Positions 1 to 12,300 of a stretch of DNA of 64,000 nt are shown here, piece by piece; within the stretch, counting starts at the first letter, position 1; every line of letters starts with the position of its first letter. This DNA comes from Scyliorhinus canicula (taxonomy: Eukaryota): positions 32,281,990 to 32,345,989 of the forward strand of contig NC_052158.1 in the NCBI RefSeq assembly GCF_902713615.1. The letters run 5' to 3'. The position numbers and the translations under genes are program-made. A model generated the notes under the pieces. The model was not told the origin of the DNA. It was given only the letters and a program-made list of their open reading frames with translations, and did no database searches.

Positions 1-2106
1 TATTTGATTGGTCAACAATTTCTCATTGTACATTCTGTTTGATTCTTCACATTTGGTCAGTCAGATATCTGAATAATAACACCAGCTCATTGTGGTTCTG
101 TAATGTCATTTAGGGAAGGAAATCCGCCCACTAACCTGTCTGGCCTACATGTATTTCCAGACTTACAGTGATGTGGTTAACTCTGAACTGCCACTTTGTT
201 CAAGAGCAATTAGGGATGGGCAATAAATGCTCCCTCGCCAATGACACCCTCATTCCATTAAAGAACAAAGTTTAAAAAACAACTTGGAGATTTGAAGAGC
301 TGAGGAGTGACGCTGTGAATTCTAATACATGGAGGTGTGACATGAGGAAGGTTTGACATCCGCAGGGACGCAGTCTGAGGAGAAATGCCCCAAGGGGCGA
401 CAACATGAGGGTGAACGCAGAATCTGGTACATGGAGATGGGACTGGGTCTTGTTGGGTGTATCTGTGACTCATTCTCTGTGACCGTGAGTGAGCTGCTCA
501 ATGTGATCTTTATGTGGTCATGGACTGAAAGTGAAATAAGCTGGACTGTAGCCAGCGTACGGACTGTGACAGGATGATTATCAGGAATGTGTGACAGATT
601 TCACTGACATCACCGATCAGGATTCAGCCCCTGATACTCAGCTACCTGAAACAGTGTTTGTCTTTGAAACAACAGTGACTGTACCTCAAATAATTCACAG
701 GCTGTCAGGTACTGTGGGGGATCCTGGGACACGAGCTGTGTTGCATGGGTATGAGAATGATCAACAACTCTGTAAAGTTACTTCAGGGACTTCCCGACAG
801 ATAAGGGAAGAGTAAATGGAGCAAACATCAACAATTGTGGGTCCTGTGTGAAGTAGATAAGCAGCCAGAGTGATGGTGAAATGTGGGTGGGTTGAATTAC
901 AGAGACTGTGTTACAGGGCATTGAGATCTCTGAAAGAATTTTCTCCCAAGGTCCATTTATAATAATAATCGTTATTATTGTCACAAGTAGGCTTACATGA
1001 ACACATTTTCAACCCTTTCTCCATTCTCCCTCACGCTTCTGCCCCCTACCCACAAATAAACCAAAATCCCAGATAGAAATGGTAAACCCAATAACTTACC
1101 ACAAGTCCAAAAATCAAAACAACGTCCTAAACATATCACACACCCAACCACAAACCCTCACACCCAGCACCCTACCCTCTCTGTAAACTCCTCCAGCTCT
1201 ACACCCTCCGAGATACCTCAGCTCCTCTAATACTGACCTCCTGTTCACCCCAATTTAAATCACTCCACTACTGGGATTGTGTCTTCAGCTTCCAGAACTG
1301 AGCTCTGGAATTCCCGCCCTAAAGCTCTCCGCCTCTCGTCTCACTTTCCTCCCTGAAGACACTCTCTGAAACCAGTCTCGGACCAATCATTTCTTCAATG
1401 GCCTCACATCTCGCTGTGAGGCTCAATGTCATATTTTCTTTAGAAAGATCGTGTGAAGTTCCTTGGGGATGTTTTATTACATGATAGTAATTTAAGTTGT
1501 GCTTTTCACCAATGAAAATACAAACTAAATATTAGAAATAGAGGGAAATGGAGGGGCAAATAAGAATGGGAAAATTAACATAATTGATATGTCGAGAAAA
1601 TGCATTAAAGAAATGTGAGGGATTTAAATCCAACAAAATCCCAGGACAGAATGGACAACATCCCGGGATTCTAAGAGAGGTGGCTGCAGAAATAGTTTTA
1701 CTTTAAATTAGTTTATAGAATGTAGGCATCGCTGGATAGGCCAGCACTTATTCCCCATCCTTACTAACCTTCCTGAAGGTGGTGGTGATCTTCTTTCTTT
1801 AACCAACACAGTCCCTGTCAACGCACAGTGCTGTTAGGCAGGGAGTTCTGGGATTTTGACAGTGAAGGAATGACCATCTCTTTCCAAGTCAGGGTGGTGT
1901 GTGGCCTGAGGTGGAGCTTGCAGCTGGGGATGTTCCCAGATATCAGCTGCCCTTGCTCTTCGAGATGGTAGTTGTTGTGCGTTTGGAAGGTGCTGCCTCA
2001 GGAGCACCTTGGTAAGTTCCTGCAGCGCATCTTGTAAATGGTACACATGGCTGCTACTGTGCGCTCGAAGGTGGATGGAGAGACTGTTTGCGCAAGGAGG
2101 AGCAAT

Positions 2107-2415
2107 AGAACATACAGTGCAGAAGGAGGCCATTCGGCCCATCGAGTCTGCACTGGCCCACTTAAGGTCTCACTTCCACCCTACCCCAGTAACCCAATAA
2201 CCCCTCCTAAACTTTTTTGGTCGCTGAGGACGATTTATCATGGTCAATACACCTAACCTGCATGTCTTTGGACTGTGGGAGGAAACCGGAGCACCCAAGG
2301 AAACCCACGCAGAGAACGTGCAGACTCCGCACAGACAGTGACCCAGCGGGGAATCGAACCTGGGACCCTGGCGCTGTGAAGCCACTGTGCTAACCACTTG
2401 TGCTACCGTGCTTCC
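2107..2415 (-). mobile_element. HE1/V-SINE-type tRNA-derived SINE, absent from duplication copy 2
   Basis: tRNA-like head, central GGGTTTCCTCCGGGTGCTCCGG-like domain and CR1-like tail; copy 2 has the empty site agcaat|caagttg. Confidence 0.88.
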
Positions 2416-3393
2416 TATAAATCAAGTTGTCTCCGTTGTCCTGGATTGTATCAAGCTTCTTGCACGCTGTTGAAGCTGCTCTCATCCAGGCAAGTGGGGA
2501 GTATTCCACAACTCTCCTGACTTGTGCCTTCTAGATGCTGGACAGGCTTTGATAAATCAGGCGGTGAGTTACCTGCTGGAGAATTCCTAGCCTCTGACTT
2601 GCTTTTGTAATACATTTATATGCCAGTCCAGTTCCGTTTCTGTCAAAGGTAGCCTCCAATACGTTGATAGTGAGGGTTTCAGCGACAATGCCACGGAACG
2701 TCAAAGGGTGATGATTAGATCCTCTCATGTAGGAGATGGTCATTGCCTTGCCCTTGTGTGGCGTGAACGTTACCACTTTTCAGCCCAAGCCTGGATATTG
2801 TCCAGGTCTTGCTCTATTTGGACATGGACCGCTTTAGGATCTGAAGAGTCACAAATAGTACTAAACATTATGCAATCGTCAACATAATATCCCCACTTCT
2901 GAATTTATAATGGAAGGTCATTGATGAAGCAGCTGAAGATGGTTGGGCCGAGGACACTACCTGAGAAATTCCTGCAGTGATGTCCCGGGACTGGGATTAC
3001 TGACCACTAACCACTGCAATCATCTTCCTTTGTTCCAGGTATGACTCCAACCAATGGAGGGTTTCCCCCCCAATTCCCAATTACTCCAGTTTTGTGAAGA
3101 CTCCTTGCCTTGATGCCACTCTTGGTCAAATGCTGTTTTGATGTCAAGGATGGTCACTCTCACCTCATCTCGAGAGTTCAGATGTTTTGCCCATGTTTGA
3201 ACCATGGCTGCAATAAGGTCAGGATTGGAGTTATCCTGGTGGAACCCAAAAGGAGTGTCAGTGAGCAGGTTATTGGGAAGGGCCGCTTGATCGCACTGGT
3301 GATTACTCCTTCCATCACTTTACTGATGATCGAGAGTAGGCTGATTGGACATAATTGGCTGGGTTGGATTTGTCCTAGTTCTTGTGTACAGGA

Positions 3394-3789
3394 TGTCGTG
3401 TTAAGCACAGTGATAACACAGGCTGCAACTGGACGCAGCTTTACGTGAGAGATACACCGCACCTTGAAGTTAATTCAATATGATTTATTGAACCTGTCAG
3501 TTAGCTCAATCCTCTGTGAGTTCGACTCTCTGCTAACCTAGTGTGATTAATCTGTCTGACTGAACCAGACTAGCTCTTAGCCACGTGCTCTAGGAGTTAT
3601 ATGACATGTACACCCTGACTCTCACTGTAGATATCACCAGTGGAAAGAGGCGGAATGTGAGTGCCTTGTGCGTTTTATAGTGGGAAACCACCCCCAAGTG
3701 TTCTGCCTGCTGATTGGTTATGTCCTGTTCTCTGTATTCATTAGCTGTCTGTTTGTCTCTCATTATGTGCATGTCTGCATATCTTGACA
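3394..3789 (-). mobile_element. Solo LTR (396 bp)
   Basis: TGTC...GACA termini, 5-bp TSD CAGGA (3389-3393 and 3790-3794), minus-strand TATAAAA and AATAAA; absent at the matching site in copy 2. Confidence 0.85.
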
Positions 3790-4260
3790 CAGGACACGCC
3801 TGGGCAATTTTCCACATTGCCATGTTGATGCCTCTGTTGTAGCTGTGCTGGCACAGCTTGGCTAGGGGTGCGACAAATTCTGGAGTTCGATTGCTGGAAT
3901 ATTTCAGGGCTCTCTGCATTTTCCAGTTCCTTCAGCTATTTCTTTGTATCATGTGGAGTGAATCAAATTGGCTCTCAACAGGCAACTGTGATGGTGGGGA
4001 CCTCTGGAGGCGACCGAGATGGACTCAGCACTTCTGACTAAAGATTGCTGCAAATTCTTCAGCCTTGTCTTTTGCACTGATATTCTGGGCTCCTCCATCA
4101 TTGAGGATGGGGATATTCGTGGAGCCTCCTCCTCCAGTGAGTTGTTTAATTATCCACCACCATTTACAGCTGGATGGAGGCAGGACTGCAGAGTTTATAT
4201 CAAATCTATTAATTGTGAAATCGCATACCTCTGTCACTTTATGCTTATGTTGTTTGGCAT

Positions 4261-5014
4261 TGCTGCCTTCTTTCCTTTGGGGTGAACCACAAGCTTGTTT
4301 CTTATATCGAGAAAATTACCACACAACCAATATGTTAGCTCAAAAACACAGTTTACTGATAACACAAGACTTGTATCTCTGTGTAATAATACACGCGGCT
4401 CCGTACTAAACTACACCTAACGACGAAGATGGCCTTCACTTAACTTCGAGTGACCCGCACTGTGCGAGATAAGGCCTTTATCCGGTCCATGTAGTCGGTT
4501 TGGAAGTGGTTGGATTCGTCTCAGCTGGGCTCGTCCGACAGGAATGGTCGCTGGGTCCTTGAACTTGGTTGTTCTGCTGAAGTTAATCGCACACAGGCCA
4601 GACGCAAGATCGATCTCTAGTGGGCAGGGCTTTTTATCCTTAGCCTCCTTCGCACTCTTTTGGGCAGTCCTTATTCCGGGTCCAACGGATCGAGAGGGTT
4701 TCACTCACCCTCATCGATCTCAGCCAATTAGGAGGCGGTTACCTCAATGGCTGGGTGGGTCCTAGCTATCATTGTCCCAGGCACATAGGCCTTTCCAAAT
4801 AAGAGGGGGATGGTGCCGGTTCGTCTGCTACTGTTGTAACTCCTTTATTCAAACTCCATTGTCCTGGGGGAAATGGTGATCGACTCTTAATGGATACAAG
4901 TTTCAGCCAAGTCTGGTTTCTTTGCACAATACACAGAGGCTGTGTACCCGTCTGTGTCCTAAATTGACCACAATTCCCATGGTCCTTTGCAGGTGGCCAT
5001 TTTACATGGCTACA
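4261..5014 (-). mobile_element. Solo LTR (~750 bp)
   Basis: Interrupts the old LINE; TG...GGCTACA termini; near-TSD GCAT/GCTT; end resembles that of the LTR at 32108-33054. Confidence 0.65.
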
Positions 5015-5559
5015 GCTTGCAAATGGACCTGTGCTGTAGCTTCACTAGGTTTAAATCTCATTTTTCGGTATTCCTGCTGTGGTTCCTGGCATGCCCTCCT
5101 GCACTCTTCATCGTACCCCTGGATTGAGTTAATCCCCTGGTTTGGTGGGAATGGGAAAGTGGAAGATATGCCAGGCAATGAAGTCATGTTTATGGTTGAA
5201 TAAAATTCTGCTGCTGCTGATGTCCTGCATACATCATGGATGCCTATGCTCGAGTTGCTAGGTATTTTCAAAATCTATCCCTTTGAGCACAGTGGCAATG
5301 CTCCATGGGATAGATAGTTGGATGCAACGCTTGCGATTTGGTTGTGATTTTCCAAATTCTCTCACCACCCCCTTCCCCCCATGTACTGAACAGGTCTGTC
5401 CCGTTGATGATGATAAACTAAGACACAGCTGCTTTCTTTCCTAGAGTTTATTGACTTAGTTCACAAGCAACATTACTCAAAACCCTCAACGGTATCCGCG
5501 CTGTCCCCATTGATAGTTGTTCACATACCCATCATCTATTTAATGATGGAATAGTCATC

Positions 5560-5812
5560 AAATGTTAACAACGAGATCATCATTGGTTCTGTTGAGGGAT
5601 TGTACCACCATTTATGTCCTTTTTCAAAGACCTAGACACCATCACTTGTTGGGGATTTGTGGTATAGATTTTAAGTTATTTGTATTATTTGAAAACATTA
5701 TTATATTTTCAATAATTCTTGTGTCCTATATCTGTTTTGCACCGAAAATGTTGTTTGTTGTTTTATTTGAAAAATATATGAAAAGCTTAATAAAAACATA
5801 TTTTAAAAATAC
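5560..5812 (+). mobile_element. 3' end fragment of an L1-like LINE
   Basis: T-rich 3'UTR, AATAAA and A-rich tail. Confidence 0.4.
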
Positions 5813-5857
5813 AATATTATTAGGAGTAACATTTATTCACATAATACTTATTAAACC

Positions 5858-6034
5858 AATGGTTTAACACACTGGGCTAAATCGCTGACTTTTAAAGCAG
5901 ACCAAGCAGGCCAGCAGCATGGTTCGATTCCCGTACCAGCCTCCCCCGACAGGCGCCGGAATGTGGCGACTAGGGGCTTTTCACAGTAACTTCATTGAAG
6001 CCTACTCGTGACGATAAGCGATTTTCATTTTTTC
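5858..6034 (+). mobile_element. Short tRNA-derived SINE (second family)
   Basis: B-box GGTTCGATTCC, (TTTCA)n-like tail, flanking ATTAAACC duplication; near-identical copy at 23811-23980. Confidence 0.8.
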
Positions 6035-6380
6035 ATTAAACCTTATCCATGTGATTAAATGTTAACAATATGATTAACACCAGGGACGGTCCTGAGGATC
6101 AGAACTCTCACTCCGCATGCCGATTCCACCTCTTAGTTAATGCAGTGAGTGAATTGGCCGTCAATGATTATGATTCCTGGTGTCTGTACAGGTTAAACAG
6201 AGCAGATCAGCTCAGATTAAAAATACAGCAAGAAAGAGAAATCACAGATATGCACAATTTCATTTGCACAAGCACATATGTATTGATGGCAGCGAATCCA
6301 CATCAGTCACTCGCTGTCTCCTCGAGGAAATAAAAGCTTCCCTGATTCCCTCATCCACTCCTTCCACTGACGGCCCTGGA

Positions 6381-6394
6381 TCACCAGGAAGTTA
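6381..6394 (-). CDS. MHC-I exon 8, coding part (VTSW-stop) at the start of the terminal exon
   Basis: Strong acceptor tttctttctcttccccag at 6395+ and phase-1 continuation to TGA. Assignment is inferred; no transcript evidence. Confidence 0.6.
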
Positions 6395-9300
6395 CTGGGG
6401 AAGAGAAAGAAATATGTAGTTAGAGAAAGAGGAAAACCCAGCAGACACAGAACACCCCCAACAAAACCCATCAGACCCACCAGATGCCCGATACCTAAAG
6501 CGGCAGAAAGCATACGGAATGCTTGCCTCCATTGGATGAGGCATAGAGTATAAAAACTGGCAAGTCATGGCTATAGTTGTATAGAATCATGGTAAGGCTG
6601 CACTTGGAATATTGCGCACAATTCTGGTCGCCACACTAACAGAAAGCTGTGGAGGCTTTGGAGAGGGTGTAGAGGAGGTTTACCAGGATGTTGCCTGGTC
6701 TGGCTATGTGGAGAGGCTGAATAGACTTGGACTGTTTGCATTAGAAAGATGGAGTTTGAGATTTGATCTGATAGAGGTCTACAAGATTATGAGGGGCATG
6801 GGTAGCGTCGATTGGGCAAGCATTCTTTCCCAGGGTGGAGGGGTCAGTCACCAGGACGCATAGGTTTAAGGTCCATGGAGCAACATTTAGAGGAGATGAG
6901 CGAGGCAGTTTTTTTTACGCAGAGGGTGGCGAGTGCCTGGAGCACGTTGCCAGCGGATGCTGTGGAAGCAGATACATTAACAGCATTCAAAAGGCATCTC
7001 GACAAAAGCATGGATAGGATGGGATACGGTACAAGGAGGTGCTGAGGGATTTGGTAAAGGTTGGTATCGTGACCGGTATAGGCTTGGAGGGCCGAAGGGC
7101 CTGTTCCTGTGCTGTATTGTTCTTTGAAGAGAACAGAAAGTGGAGGGGGTGGAGTTTAAAGAGAAATTTGTAAATCAACCCGAGCATAAAAAGATACAGG
7201 GGGCGATTCTCCGATATGGAGGCCAACTGTTCACGTCGTTGTAAAACGTGACGCCGGCGTGAACGGGACCCGCAAAATCGGCGCTGCGCCAACCCGGGCA
7301 TGGGCAGTTGGGCCAGCTCAATCCTGCACATGCACAGTTGGGCCGCGCCATCATGCGCATGCGCGGGGAACTTGTTACGGCTCCGACCCAACATGGGGTC
7401 GGTGTTCAGGGACTGGCCGCGGTGCCGGGAAGTAGGCCCGGGAGGATGGGGGGGGGGGGGGGGGGAGGGGGGGAGGGGAGAGGCCGGCCCGCCGATCGGT
7501 GGGCCCCGATCGCGGACCGGACCCCATCGGAGGCCCCTCCCGGTCAGGAGCCCCCCCCCCCCACAGGCCACCCCCCGAGCGTTCCCACAGAGTTCCCACT
7601 GGCAGCGACCAGGGTGGAACAGCGCCGGTAGGACCCTCTCGTGTCGGAGTGGCCGCTCGGCCCATCCAGGCCGGAGAATCGGTGGCCGATTCCAGCAGCC
7701 TGCGGCTGGTGCCGCATCAGCGCAAATGGCGTCGATTCTCCGCACCTCGGTCAATTGCACAGGGGCGTCGAGCCATCATGGCGCAGTTGCTCCTATTCTC
7801 CAGCCTGGCGCGGGGCTCGGAGAATCGCCCCCATAATATTTGAAAGAGAACAAAATCAAGGAGCATAAAGAGGTAACAGAGGGCCAATTGGAGACTTAAA
7901 AGTTAACCTGTGTGAGGATGCACAGGTTGTGGTCAGGTTCTCAATGATTTCTTGGCAACTGAGTACAAAGAACAGGGAGCTGATGATGACACACTGATGT
8001 CATACAGGAAGATGATCACAGAGGTTTTAATCCTATCAATGGGTTTGATGGCCAAAATCTTCCGTTCTCAATCGCAGCTGAGATTTTCCGGTGCCACTCA
8101 AAGTGAATTGATCTTTTGCCGGAAAACCAGATTTTCCGGTATCGCTCGCAATGGGTCCGGCCAGGGACGAGATCGGCAATCCCGTCCGATGTCGTTCAAA
8201 GTAGAAGTTAGAAGAAGCAAGGGAGGAACTTGCAGAGGCTTTGACCATCATTACAATCCCTCCCTGGCAACAGGAGTGGTGGAAGAAGATTGAGGGACTG
8301 AGGAATGATTGACCAGCTAATATAACATCAGTGATGGGAAAATTATTGGAATCCATTTTGAGGAACAGTAGACAACTTTCATTCAGAAAGGCACAGATTA
8401 ATCCAGGAAAGTAGCATGGATTTGTTAAGGGAAGATCATCCCAGACTAAACGTACTGAATTTCTTTGAAGAGGAGAAGGAGGGTTGATGAGGGTAGCGTG
8501 GTGGATGTTGTCAACATAGATTTGAACAACACTTTTGACAAGGTTCCACATGGCACTTACTCTTCGTGGTTTATAGAAATTATTTAGATTCCAATGTTGG
8601 GGTAATGATAAAAGAAGTTTGAAGATGTACAAACCCTGTCCATGTGGCTGACAGTGATGGGAAAAGGTTCAGACTGCAGGAAGATAGAGATGGTCAGATC
8701 AGTTGCGGGGAAAAGCAGAAAATGCAATTCAATGCAGAGAAGTGTGAAGTTTTAGGTTTCGGAAGGTGCAACAAAGCAAAGGGAATCCACAATAAATGGG
8801 AGGATAGTGAGCAACATGGAGGGATAGTGGGCCCTTGGAGTGTATGTCGATAAATTGGGAAAGGTGCCAGGACAGGGAAACAATGTGGTTAAGACACTGT
8901 ATAACATGTTTTCCATTATTATCAGAGGAGCAGAGCACAGTGCTTTTGCTGGAACTGTGAACAACACCAGATAGACCACAGCTGGAGCACTTCAAAAAGT
9001 CTGTCAGCACATTACAGAAAAGATGGTACTGGCGAGAATGCAGAGGAGATTGTTTAATGTGGACAGGACTGGAGAATGTTCATTGGGTGAAAAGACCGGA
9101 TAGGCTAGAATAGGAATCTTTAGAATGGAGGAGGCAAGAAGGGAATTTTAATTGAGATGTATATATTCTGAGAAGCCATGGTAAACAAGGATAATCTATA
9201 CCTTAGTAAAAGGATCCAAAATCAAGAGGGCACACATTTAAAGTAACTGACGGAAGCAATAGAGGAGAGATTAGGAAACAGTATTTCATTCAGTAGGTGG

Positions 9301-12300
9301 TAGGGATCTGGAACTCTCTGCCTGAAGGATGGGAGAGGCAGAAACTCCCACCACATTTAGCAAATTCTTGGATGTTGACTTGAGGAGCTGTGATCTGCAG
9401 GGCTGCAAACTGAGGACATGAAGTTGAGATTGGGCTGGGGAATCTCTTCATTAATCTGCAGGGACATGATGGGCTGAATGGCCTCTTTCTGTGTTGTAAA
9501 TTTCTAACATTCAATTTCCAATCCTCAAATCAGCTATCAAACCCCAGCAGACCTTCAAACACCAGCAAACCCCATCAGACCAGCAAAATTCACGAAAACA
9601 CCTGACACCACAAACATTCAGAAAAGATCAGACCCATGACAAAACATGACACATGTTAAATCCTGGGGGAGTGATACACCCCAGTGAGCAACACTGAGGG
9701 AAAACTCTGGGAATTCCAATTTCCTTAAGAAAATTCAGCAGCATAGAGGAGTCTGTCCAGGGTGAAATGTTTCTGGATGTCTCAACACCCACAATATCTC
9801 CATCCTCAGACCATAGAGGACCAACCATTTCCAGAAGACCAGTCTCAATGCTCAGTGCTGAATTGGATGAGTTTCACTTTAGTGACGATACATGGAGAGA
9901 CAGACATGGAGCTCGCACTCCACCCACCAGATTATGCAGTTAACACCAGCAGGAATATCCCCGTTAGAATGATCCACTCCCAATTTTGATCATCAATGTT
10001 CATACCTCAAACATCAACTTATACCGATAAGTTCGGAGGAGCTGGATGAAGAACCCCCTTTATCAGAAGCTGTTAAAGGAAGGAGAGGCATTAAAAAAAT
10101 TATTAGAGAGTATCAGGCACAGAATGCAGAATGTTTCACACAGTTACACACAGATCCAGAGGGTGTTTGCTGATCAGCTTACTGTTTGTAGGATTGTAGT
10201 CGCTCTTCCCTCTCCCTGTAAAACAAGGAATGTTTAGTGAGTGACAAAACTGACAGAAAATCAGGGAGAGTCTGAAACTCCGAGTGAAAAGGACAGATGG
10301 ACCGTTCCTCAGTCCCCCGCCCGTACACGGTACCCACGCTCCCGCCCGGACACGGGATTCATACTGATCCCTAAACTCATTGTCCAACCCGGGACCCTTT
10401 CCCACATTTCTGACTCTCTCTGTTTATCATGAGTCCCTTACTCTCCCTGTCTCAACCCTGGGGCTCTTTCGCCCACTGTATGCTCCCTGCACCAACCTGA
10501 GAACCACAGACAGCCATCCTCACACTGGAATATTCCCTCAGGATCCCAGTGTGGAGCTGCTGTTTTCCCTCCAATTCCTACCTTTCTTCTTGTAGATGAC
10601 GACAGCCACAATGATGAGAGCGATGAGCAGCCCCAGGATCCCGAGCACAATCCCAATGGTAACCTGGGAGTGAGACTTTGGCACTGTTAGAGAGAAAATC
10701 AGAGACAGTGAATCAGGGAGAGAGAAAATGTTAGCATCTGAATTTCAAAGGCCTCAATTTGACCAACCCCAGCCTCTGTTTTCCTGAGAACAGAGACCCA
10801 GCCTGTCAACCCTTCCCTGATACGTACACCCACTCATTTCTGGTACCATCTCTGGAATTCATCTCTACAACCTCTCCTTGGCAGCACGGTAGCACAGTGG
10901 TTAGCATTGTTGCTTCACAGCTCCAGGGCCTCAGGTTCAAGATCCTGGATCACTGTCTGTGCGGAGTCTGCACATTCGTCCCATGTCCGTCCGGGTGCTC
11001 CGGTTTCCTCCCACAAGTCCCCAAAGACGTGCTGATAGGTAATTTGGACATTCTGAATTCTCCCTCAGTGTACCCGAACAGGCGCCGGAATTTGGCGACT
11101 AGGGGCTTTCCACAGTAACTTCATTAAAATGTTAATTTAAGCGTACCTGTGATAATAAAGATTATTATTATTGTACAAGATGGTGACTGGAACTGCACAC
11201 GGTATTCTAAATGTGGTCTAACCAAGGTTTGATACAGGTTTAGCATAATATTCCGAATTTAAAATTCTACCCCTCGAGAAATAAAGCCTGGTTTTCGGTT
11301 TGCTTTATTGTGACCTTGTGCAAACAGTTACGTCAAGTTTATTGATTGCTTGTACACGGAGATCCCTTTGTTCCTGACCCCATCTAGACTTGCGCCTTTC
11401 AAGTACGATGTGACCTCCCTATTCATCCTCAATGAAAACTACCTTACGTTTATCTGTGCTGAACTTCATTGACCAATTATTTGCCCATCCTATAAGTTTA
11501 TAATGTCTATTCATTTGTTGCAATCCTGCTCAGTATCGACTAATCCCACCCAATCCGGTGTCATCTGCAAATTGAGAAATAGTGTTTTGGATTCCCTGTC
11601 CACATCATTGAGTGTAAGTTGTGAACAGCGGTGATCCCAGCACTGATCCTTGTGGATCACCACTTTCCACCTTCTGCACTCTGAATAATGCTCCATCACT
11701 CTCGCGCTCTGCTTTCGATCTTCAAGATGTGGAGATGCCGACGTTGGACTGGGGCGAGTACAGTAAGAAGTCTCACAACACCAAGTTAAAGTCCGACACG
11801 TTTGTTTCGGAGAGCAGCTCCTTCATCAGCAGAGTGAATAGGTGGGTTCCACAAACACAAATATAGACAAATTCAATGATGCAAGACGACGACTGACATC
11901 CAAACAAAAATGTAATGTTTGAAGGATATGTCTTTCGTATGCAGTCACAAAAATCGGGCACAGATTTTGTAACAGACTTGCGTCTTAAAGCACAATCCTA
12001 CAATTTTGCAGAACTGCAGGATTCTATAATAAAGGACCATTTGTTTATTGACTAAAAAGTGCCACGTTACGCAAACGAATGTGATGTGACTTTATGAAAT
12101 ACGGATATGCAAGGCCAGCGAAGTTGATTTGCAACAACCCACTGGAATTCAAGCACAGGGAAATGGCGTGAAACAAGAAAGCGAGACCGACGCCATCCTT
12201 GCAGTGTTGCAGCAAAACTAAAACGTGGTCAGCATGTTGACCGCCATGTTAGAGGACCATCAGAGCATGCCACTGTGTCCCAGGTGTGACAGAATGCACA

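Larger units (their letters stand above)
1..3936 (+). repeat. Segmental duplication, copy 1 (matches 60421-64000)
   Basis: Colinear similarity from the first base (tatttgattggtcaacaatttctc) onward, covering unique sequence as well as repeats. Confidence 0.93.
1720..5320 (-). mobile_element. Old degenerate CR1/L2-group LINE (RT remnants)
   Basis: Minus-strand remnants RPISLLSIISKVMEGVI, DEVRVTILDIKTAFD and ASQRLGILQQV; 3' tail near 1720; many stops. Confidence 0.75.

Noticed and set aside
353-815. Two adjacent + strand ORFs that join into about 150 aa if single-base indels, different in each duplicated copy, are undone
   Set aside because: No recognisable motif or splice signals, and disrupted in both copies. 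A blastx hit would revive it.
6987-7868. Many overlapping Pro/Gly/Arg-rich ORFs, including 257 aa
   Set aside because: GC-rich MITE interior lacks stops by composition; the same applies to 46107-46933 and 50744-51627.
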